Source: Dehalococcoidia bacterium (GTDB lineage Bacteria; Chloroflexota; Dehalococcoidia; Lucifugimonadales; UBA3495). Taken from it: a stretch of 64,000 nt of DNA. The translations under genes and the position numbers were made by a program. The DNA lies in contig OY762444.1 of the NCBI GenBank assembly GCA_963665735.1, positions 2,187,547 to 2,251,546 of the forward strand. Direction: 5' to 3'. This document shows, piece after piece, positions 57,467-64,000 of the stretch. The notes below the pieces were generated by a model. It was given only the letters and a program-made list of their open reading frames with translations. It was not told the DNA's origin and ran no database searches. Numbering within the stretch: position 1 is the stretch's first letter; each line of letters begins with the position of its first letter.

Positions 57467-57990
57467 CAACACCGCTGCCAGACCCCGGCGAAGCCAGCGT
57501 TGACGACCACGTTCAAATGAGCCGGATATTCCTGGAACACGCCCACGCCGAGTTGGACCACGGCGACCGTCTCCAGGCCTCCGAAAAAATCTGGGGCGCA
57601 ACCGCCCACGCCCTCAAAGCCATAGCTATCCAACGGGGTTGGCGCCATCGTTCCAACGCCACCGTTTTCGACATCGGCCAACAACTTGGCCGGGAATTTG
57701 GTCGGGAGTTGGACTTCACCCGATACTTGGCCCAAGCCGACACCATGCACCAGAACTTCTATGAGAACCACCAGCGCCGCCCCGCTATCCGGTTGGCCTT
57801 GGCGGATACCGAGAAATTCGTAGATGAATTAGACGAAATCCGCGAATCAATGCCCAAACCTTTCACCGTCGGCGACTCCGATGACCGGGACCGGCTGGGC
57901 AACCTCCTCGGTCTCTCCCGGCCCCAACGTCCCGCCATCGGTTCCACCCACCCCCACGGCTTTTCCCAAACCCCCAAAAACGGCAGTTAA
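57463..57990 (+). CDS. PaREP1-like protein, tandem copy 3
   Basis: Same architecture. The C-terminus is slightly shorter (..THPHGFSQTPKNGS). Confidence 0.7.
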   Translation: MTTPLPDPGEASVDDHVQMSRIFLEHAHAELDHGDRLQASEKIWGATAHALKAIAIQRGWRHRSNATVFDIGQQLGREFGRELDFTRYLAQADTMHQNFYENHQRRPAIRLALADTEKFVDELDEIRESMPKPFTVGDSDDRDRLGNLLGLSRPQRPAIGSTHPHGFSQTPKNGS

Positions 57991-58029
57991 CCAAAAAAAC
58001 CCAAAAATAAACGCAGGAGGCTAACCCCC

Positions 58030-58557
58030 ATGACTATCCAAATCCTTGACCCCCGGCCCGAAGAGCAGGCCGAAACTCAACGCCTCAGCCCCCAACTCCC
58101 CGGCATCCAGGGCCAGGTCATCGGCCTGCTGGAAAACACCAAGTACCACTCCGACGCCTTCCTGGAAGAACTCCAGCGCGTCCTCAAAAACGACTACCAG
58201 GCCAAAAAGGTAATCTACGCCCGCAAATTCTCTTTCAGCGCCCCCTGCGCCGAAGAAACCCTGCAAGCCCTGGTTGACCAGTGCGACGCCGTGGTTCACG
58301 GCATTGCCGATTGAGGCTCCTGCACAGCGTGGGGTCTCCACGACACCGTTATCACCGAATCCCGCGGCCTTCCCTCCGTCAGCGTCATCACCAGCTCCTT
58401 CACCCGCGCCGCCGCCACCCGCGCCGCCTCCCTGGGTATGCCCGACGCCCGCATCGTCGTGTTGCCCAGCCCGCTGCCGCCCCGTTCCATCCCCGAAGTG
58501 CAGCAAATGGCCCACGACTACGCCCAGGAAATTGTCAACCTGCTGGCCGCCGGCTGA
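58030..58557 (+). CDS. UGSC-family selenoprotein (in-frame UGA at 58312-58314 read as Sec)
   Basis: AGGAGG RBS. The ORF track stops at ..VVHGIAD-TGA, but the same frame continues GSCTAWGLHDTVITESRGLP... to TGA 58555-58557. This gives the motif D-U-G-S-C. A hairpin sits at 58328-58342. Confidence 0.7.
58328..58342 (+). promoter_or_regulatory. Candidate bacterial SECIS apical hairpin
   Basis: CGUGG-GGUCU-CCACG starts 14 nt after the UGA. The loop GGUC resembles the E. coli fdhF SECIS loop. Confidence 0.45.
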
Positions 58558-58620
58558 CCCCGGCGGCCCCGGCTTTACCGTCAATCCCCATCCCGCCAAC
58601 TCCAACCGACAGGAACCGCC

Positions 58621-59307
58621 ATGAAAACCGAAATCGAATTTGACCCCAGCTACGCCCTGCTCACCGTTGACCTCGACCCCGGCGAAAGCATCAAGGCCGA
58701 ACCGGGGGCGATGGTCGCCCAGCAAGGCGTCTCCATGAAAACCGGCACCACCGGCGGAGGCGTCTTCGGGGGCATCCGCCGCATGATGGCCGGCGAATCC
58801 TTCACCATCAACACCTTCACCGCCGGCTCCCACGGCGGCCAGGTCAACCTCGCCCCCTCCACCCCCGGCGACATCGGCTCCTTCCCCCTGGCCCCCGGCC
58901 AAAACCTGTTCATCCAGTCCAGTTCCTTCCTCGCTTGCACCGAAAACGTCCAGACCGACACCCAGTTTCAGGGATTCCGCGGCTTTTTCAGCGGCGAGAG
59001 TATGTTCTTCCTCCGCGCCTACGCCGACCGGGGCGAGGGCACCGTCTTTTACAACTCCTACGGCGCCATCAAGCGAATGCCCGTCCAGCCCGGCGGCGAG
59101 CTGGTGGTGGACACCGGCCACCTGGTCGCCTTCACCGACGACGTGGACTACTCCATCGGCAAAGTCGGCGGCATCCGCTCCCTCATCGGCGGGGGCGAAG
59201 GACTGGTAATGAAATTCCGCGGCAACGGCCACGTCTGGATACAGACCCGCAACCTGGCCTCCCTGGCCGACAAAATCATCCCGTTCATGCCCACCCGCGG
59301 CCAATAA
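58621..59307 (+). CDS. TIGR00266/AIM24 (DUF124) family protein
   Basis: 228 aa with ..SYALLTVDLDPGESIKAEPGAMV.., ..GESFTINTFTA.. and ..GEGLVMKFRGNGHVWIQT... Confidence 0.85.
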   Translation: MKTEIEFDPSYALLTVDLDPGESIKAEPGAMVAQQGVSMKTGTTGGGVFGGIRRMMAGESFTINTFTAGSHGGQVNLAPSTPGDIGSFPLAPGQNLFIQSSSFLACTENVQTDTQFQGFRGFFSGESMFFLRAYADRGEGTVFYNSYGAIKRMPVQPGGELVVDTGHLVAFTDDVDYSIGKVGGIRSLIGGGEGLVMKFRGNGHVWIQTRNLASLADKIIPFMPTRGQ

Positions 59308-59428
59308 ATACAACCCCTGAACCCTGAGAGACGAAAAAATCCCTTCCCCGCCTACAACCGTCATTCCGGCGAAAGCCGGAATCCAGAATTTCCAGCGAAT
59401 AGCAACGCTCAACGAAGGACTAACCCCT

Positions 59429-59521
59429 ATGGCACAACCCACCAAACTTCCGCCCCGTGAACGTATCCACAACTTCGACACCGTCCGGGACTACTACCCA
59501 GGTTTCGGAGGTTTGGCGTGA
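59429..59521 (+). pseudogene. 30-codon remnant paralogous to the 5' end of 61027..62094
   Basis: MAQPTKLPPRERIHNFDTVRDYY.. aligns with MTQSPLNSRRVNVSDDFDDIQDYY... The upstream UTR is also duplicated (59355-59499 versus 60952-61098). Confidence 0.6.
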
Positions 59522-59562
59522 TTGTCGGAGGGTGTTTTCGGGGAGACGACGACTCTGGAGTC

Positions 59563-60039
59563 ATGTGGATGCAGCATGATGCCTACCACGAAGCGTTGGG
59601 AATCATTGCAGGCATATGCCAGGACTACACGAATCTGGCGCATAGGATACTGGGCGACCGCGAGACCGGATGGGAATTCATGTGCAGGTTCGATCACCGT
59701 ACACTGCAAGACGCCCACGATAAAATAGCCGCCACATGGCGCTCTAGATGCCTGCTAACGGTTAGACAGATGGAACTCCCTATAGAACGGGAGTATGTGA
59801 AGGCACCGGACGTCAGGGGACACTGGCTCAAATGGCTTGGAGATGAAGTCAGGTCCTGGACACATGACCCCCATCTAATTCAACTTGTCGTCACGATCCT
59901 CGAAAACCAAAACAACCCTGTGGGATACCGAGCAGAGGCGAACCTAAATCGGGAGCTCGTTTTCCGTTATGGGGACGTACCTTGGAACCAATACATAATT
60001 GATGCCGTTCGGAAGGTCCTCGACGAAGAGGATGATTAA
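59563..60039 (+). CDS. Hypothetical protein (AT-richer islet)
   Basis: From MWMQHDAYHEALG... About 158 aa with no family recognised. The start is uncertain (GTG 59518 possible). Confidence 0.45.
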   Translation: MWMQHDAYHEALGIIAGICQDYTNLAHRILGDRETGWEFMCRFDHRTLQDAHDKIAATWRSRCLLTVRQMELPIEREYVKAPDVRGHWLKWLGDEVRSWTHDPHLIQLVVTILENQNNPVGYRAEANLNRELVFRYGDVPWNQYIIDAVRKVLDEEDD

Positions 60040-60174
60040 CAACTATTCGGCGTGTTGGTGCCTGTGCGATTAAGCGGACATGATGTCCGATAGTCTAACC
60101 CTCCACATCCTTGACGCATTTCCGTGTTTACACTAACGTAGCCTTGGAAAGATTGATTCCCGGAGCAATCGGCA

Positions 60175-60462
60175 ATGGAAATCAGGAAGAAACGGCTAAC
60201 CCTAGACTTGGACCCCATGACCCAGCGGCGCTTGAAAGCCGTTGCCGCCATGAAGGGCATAAGTATGCGCCAGTATTGCCTGACTGCCATAAATAGAGAG
60301 TTAGCCAAGGACGACGGAGCCACCGTGACCCGACTCCCCTTCGGACACGAATCTCTGGACCGACTGGATGCTCTGCGTAATGAGATATTCGGCGAAAAAA
60401 TCCTGCCCGGCGATTCAGTAGAGTTCATCCGGCAGGCGCGGGAGTCCAGGAGTGTATCGTGA
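60175..60462 (+). CDS. vapB: Ribbon-helix-helix antitoxin (VapB-like)
   Basis: 95 aa. KKRLTLDLDPMTQRRLKAVAAMKGISMRQY is an RHH pattern. 4-nt overlap with the PIN gene. Confidence 0.7.
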   Translation: MEIRKKRLTLDLDPMTQRRLKAVAAMKGISMRQYCLTAINRELAKDDGATVTRLPFGHESLDRLDALRNEIFGEKILPGDSVEFIRQARESRSVS

Positions 60463-60902
60463 GCGAAATGGTTGTCGTGGATGCGAGCTTGGCCTTCAAG
60501 TGGCTGGTCAGCGAGGAAAATTCCGACCGCGCCCAATCAATCTCCAGGTCATGGGCTAATGACGGAATCCAAACCGTCGCGCCCTACCTGATGCCGGTCG
60601 AGGTGGCAAATGCCCTGCATCGCCGGGTCGCCCGCGGCGAATTGACAGTTTCGGATGCGGTACGACTTCTGGAGTATCTGCTGGCTTCAGGAATCGAGTT
60701 GCGCGATGAGCCGGGTCTTAACGCAAGAGCGCTCCAACTTGCCAGTCGCCTCCAGCAAGGCGCGGTCTATGACGCCCACTATCTCGCCTTGGCGGACATC
60801 CTGGGCTGCGAATACTGGACCGCCGATGAAAGGTTTTACCGCGCGGCAGCGCCCACCGCTCAAAACGTCCACTGGATTGGCGAGTTCGCCGTACCGGAAT
60901 AG
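60459..60902 (+). CDS. vapC: PIN-domain toxin (VapC-like)
   Basis: GTG start. VVVDASLAFKWL.., ..VYDAHYLALA.., ..TADERF.. give the PIN acidic residues. Confidence 0.8.
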   Translation: MSEMVVVDASLAFKWLVSEENSDRAQSISRSWANDGIQTVAPYLMPVEVANALHRRVARGELTVSDAVRLLEYLLASGIELRDEPGLNARALQLASRLQQGAVYDAHYLALADILGCEYWTADERFYRAAAPTAQNVHWIGEFAVPE

Positions 60903-61026
60903 CCGAGAGCGGGTCTTGTACCCGCCCTGTTAGAACCCCCGCCCCACCACCCAACCGTCATTCCGGCGTAGGCCGGAATCCAGAAATTCCAGCGAGTAGC
61001 AACGCTCTATAAAGGACTAACCCCCC

Positions 61027-62094
61027 ATGACCCAATCACCCCTCAACTCCCGCCGCGTCAACGTCTCCGACGATTTTGACGACATTCAGGACTACTACGA
61101 AGAACAGGGCTGGACCGACGGCCTCCCCGTCACCCCCGCCACCGAAGACGCCGTCCGCCGGATGCTCGGCCCCTTCGGTGAAGACCCCGGCCACTCCCTG
61201 GGCATAATCCAGCCCCGCAACGCCCCCGTCACCCTGGAAAAAATCGCCGTCAACGCCGTCATGGCCGGCTGCCGCCCCGAACATTTCCCCGTCGTGCTGG
61301 CCGCCGTCCGCGCCGTCATGCAGCCCGCCTTCAACATCGCCGGCTGCCAGGCCACCACCGGCGGCGCCGCTCCCGCCGTCATCGTCAACGGCCCCATCGC
61401 CAGGGAACTGGGCATCAACGGCGACTCCGGTTGTTTCGGCCCCGGTTACCGGGCCAACGCCGTCATTGGCCGCGCCCTGCGCCTGGTCGTCCGCAACATC
61501 GCCGGTCTGATTCCCGGCGACATGGACAAGGCCACCCTGGGACTGCCCGCCCGCTATACCTTCTGTTTCGCCGAAAACGAAGACCGCAGCCCCTGGGAGC
61601 CGCGCCACGTCGAAATGGGCCTGCCCCCCGAGGCCGGCATGGTCACTGTAACCGCCATCCGCGGGATGTATCCCATCATGGAAACCACCGTTTCCGACGG
61701 CAAGGCAGTGCTGGCAACCCTGGTCAAAGGCATCCAGGTAGCCGGATTCGCCAACTACTACCAGATTGGCACCGGCGCCCAGATAACCCTCATCGTCTGC
61801 CCCGAACACGCCCAGGAAATGCACGACGCCGGGCTGTCCAAGGCCGACGTGCGCCGCTACATCTACGAAAACGCCCGTATGCCCATCGGCCAACTGGAAG
61901 GAATCGCCCATTGGGGCAACCGCAACTGGCCCGCCTGGGTTGACCAGAGCAACCCCGAAACCCTGGTGCCGGTGGCTCCCCACCCCGACGACATCGAAGT
62001 ATTCGTAGCCGGCGGGGATGGACGCCACTCCGCCTGGCTGGCCGGTTGGGGCGTAACCCGCGTAGTAACCCAACAAATCCACCACACCCTCTAA
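61027..62094 (+). CDS. Conserved-looking hypothetical protein, 355 aa, family not recognised
   Basis: Clean ORF with an AAGGA RBS. Contains blocks GWTDGLPVTPAT, IAVNAVMAGCRPEHFPV, NIAGCQATTGGAAP, GCFGPGYRANAVIGRALRLV. Confidence 0.75.
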   Translation: MTQSPLNSRRVNVSDDFDDIQDYYEEQGWTDGLPVTPATEDAVRRMLGPFGEDPGHSLGIIQPRNAPVTLEKIAVNAVMAGCRPEHFPVVLAAVRAVMQPAFNIAGCQATTGGAAPAVIVNGPIARELGINGDSGCFGPGYRANAVIGRALRLVVRNIAGLIPGDMDKATLGLPARYTFCFAENEDRSPWEPRHVEMGLPPEAGMVTVTAIRGMYPIMETTVSDGKAVLATLVKGIQVAGFANYYQIGTGAQITLIVCPEHAQEMHDAGLSKADVRRYIYENARMPIGQLEGIAHWGNRNWPAWVDQSNPETLVPVAPHPDDIEVFVAGGDGRHSAWLAGWGVTRVVTQQIHHTL

Positions 62095-62289
62095 CCCGAC
62101 GTTGGGAACCCGGTGGCGCAGGTTTTCAACCTGCCCCCACGAAACCAACCCTAACCTCCCACCGTCATTCCGACCCTTTCCCGTCATTCCCGCTTTCGCG
62201 GGAATCCAAATCCCCTGCAACCGCCGCCGGGGGTGAGACCCGCCCCCAACTCCGCTATAATTCCCCAAACACCCCGCCGAGGAACGCCC

Positions 62290-63147
62290 ATGAAAACCCA
62301 ACTGCCCCCCGAAGTTTACAACCTCATTGATGCCGCCCTGTCTGAAGACCAGACCTTCAACGACCCCACCACCGCCACCCTGGTGCCGCCGGAAATAACC
62401 GCCGTCGGTATGCTCCGCGCCAAGGCCGTCGGCGTACTGGCCGGCGCACCCATCGCCCAGGCCGTCTTTAACCGGGTTGACCCGCACCTGGAAACATCGC
62501 TCCTGCTGGACGACGGCTCCCCCCTGTCTCCCGGCGACGACATCGCCCGCGTCCAGGGCAGCGCCGCCAGCATCCTCCAGGCCGAGCGCGTGGCCCTGAA
62601 CTTCCTCCAGCGCATGAGCGGCATCGCCAGCGACACCAACCTCTACGTCCAGGCCGTCCAGGGCTGCCGCGCCCGCATCGTGGACACCCGCAAGACCGCC
62701 CCCGGCCACCGCTACCTGGACAAGTACGCCGTCCGCATGGGCGGCGGCCACAACCACCGGCTCAACCTGGCCGACGGAATCCTCATCAAGGACAACCACA
62801 TCGAAGCCCTGCGCTCCCGCGAGTTGGACTTGGCCGATGTGGTAAGGCTTGCCATCGCCCGCGCCTCCCACACCATCAAGGTCGAGGTCGAAGTTGAAAC
62901 CCTGTCCCAGCTGGCCCAAGCCCTGGACGCCGGCGCCCACATCATCATGCTGGACAATATGCCCGTGGACACCATGCAGGAAGCCATGAACATCGTTAAC
63001 GGACGCGCCGTAGTCGAAGCCTCCGGCGGCATCACCTTGGAAACCGTCCGCGCCGTAGCCGAAACCGGCGTTGACCTAATCTCCATCGGCGCCCTGACCC
63101 ACTCCGTCCAGGCCCTCGACATCAGCCTGGACCTCCAATTCAACTAA
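62290..63147 (+). CDS. nadC: Nicotinate-nucleotide diphosphorylase (carboxylating)
   Basis: From MKTQLPPEV... Contains ..ILQAERVALNFLQRMSGIA.., ..DTRKTAPG.., ..IKDNHI.., ..MLDNM... Confidence 0.92.
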   Translation: MKTQLPPEVYNLIDAALSEDQTFNDPTTATLVPPEITAVGMLRAKAVGVLAGAPIAQAVFNRVDPHLETSLLLDDGSPLSPGDDIARVQGSAASILQAERVALNFLQRMSGIASDTNLYVQAVQGCRARIVDTRKTAPGHRYLDKYAVRMGGGHNHRLNLADGILIKDNHIEALRSRELDLADVVRLAIARASHTIKVEVEVETLSQLAQALDAGAHIIMLDNMPVDTMQEAMNIVNGRAVVEASGGITLETVRAVAETGVDLISIGALTHSVQALDISLDLQFN

Positions 63148-63381
63148 CGAGCAGGAGTCGCCTGGGCGTGGTAGGGGCGGGTTTCAAACCCGCCCCTACT
63201 GTTGACTGCCCCTTTTTCCGGTGGCATGGACATTCCTGTCCGTGGCGTTGGTATTCAAACTTTGCAATCGTCGTGTTCCCTTCCCAACCACATTCGACAC
63301 CGCCCACTCCGCCGGCTATCATTAACCCCAAACCGGCAACCACCACCCCCAACCAAAACGCAGCATCAAGGAGGCTGACTC

Positions 63382-63930
63382 ATGGCCCGACTAGGCAACG
63401 TATCCCGCGAAGAACTCCAGCCCGACGAACAGCAATTCTACGACTCCATCGCCGACAGTCGCGGCAGCGTCCGCGGCCCCTACGGAGTCCTGCTCCACAG
63501 CCCCGACCTGGCCGCGCGGGTGGCCCACACCGGCTCTTACGTCCGCTTCAACCTGGACTTGCCCGAATCCCTGAAAGAAACGGTCATCATCACCACCGCC
63601 CGCGAAATCCGCAGCCAGTACGAATTTGCCGCCCATGCCCGCCTCGCCCGCCAGGCCGGCGTATCCGACAGCACCATCGCCGCCATTGCCAACGGCTCCG
63701 CCCCCGACGGTCTGGACGGTGAAGAGGCCCTGCTGGTCACCTACGTCAAGGAACTGCTGCAAAACCACAAGGTCAGCGACGCCGCCTACGCCGCCGTCAA
63801 GGACCAGTACGGCGTCTCCAAGACCGTCGAAATCACCGCCCTGGTTGGCCACTACCTGCTGGTGGGGCAAATCCTCGCCGCCTTTGAGGTAGACCTCCCC
63901 GAAGGCGTCTCCCCCGAAATCCCCGACTAG
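63382..63930 (+). CDS. Carboxymuconolactone decarboxylase (AhpD-like) family protein
   Basis: 182 aa, paralog of 22547..23095. AAGGAGG RBS. Confidence 0.75.
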   Translation: MARLGNVSREELQPDEQQFYDSIADSRGSVRGPYGVLLHSPDLAARVAHTGSYVRFNLDLPESLKETVIITTAREIRSQYEFAAHARLARQAGVSDSTIAAIANGSAPDGLDGEEALLVTYVKELLQNHKVSDAAYAAVKDQYGVSKTVEITALVGHYLLVGQILAAFEVDLPEGVSPEIPD

Positions 63931-64000
63931 CCCGCGCCAACCTTTCCCCGCCAGCCCAGGGCCTTTTCAATATCGGGCGCAATAGGGGAGTCCGTATCGG

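Noticed and set aside
61036-62940. 634-aa minus-strand ORF. The same problem applies to 58021..59481, 29756..30940, 53921..55099, 31575..32906, 16998..18734 (+), 13098..14495 (+) and 7938..9050 (+).
   Set aside because: All are antisense or out of frame to genes with clear family signatures. Their translations are Gly/Ala/Val/Arg/Pro-rich without motifs.

Overview
High-GC bacterial chromosome segment. The gene content (T-box-controlled ilvBNC-leuA, clpC-radA, GuaB3, an F420-type DDN) suggests a Chloroflexota-like organism, but that is only a guess. Housekeeping genes present are valS, ilvB/N/C, leuA, rpsU, clpC, radA, nadC, ctaG and a lone 5S rRNA. They alternate with small, visibly AT-richer islets that carry accessory genes. 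Nearly every intergenic space is filled with several families of short palindromic REP/MITE-like repeats. These repeats and the high GC generate many spurious ORFs in the track.

Most notable observations:
- A UGSC-type selenoprotein is hidden behind an in-frame TGA at 58312, with a SECIS-like hairpin just downstream.
- Two insertions sit exactly at gene starts and are bracketed by duplications of the RBS and start region (31.1 kb and 59.4-61.0 kb). A third start-region duplication lies at 19.6 kb.
- A promoter-hairpin-leader module occurs in several copies, including inside a 2-kb non-coding repeat region at 43.8-45.8 kb.
- Three PaREP1/HEPN-like genes are tandemly arranged and translationally coupled, with two dispersed paralogs elsewhere in the window.
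- A Zn-ribbon, terminase and portal trio stands alone without other phage genes.
- Two retropepsin-like proteases are present, one coupled to a DUF5678-like gene.
- An IS5-family and an IS982-family element have definable ends.

All family names come from recall of motifs, not from database searches. Start codons are best guesses.
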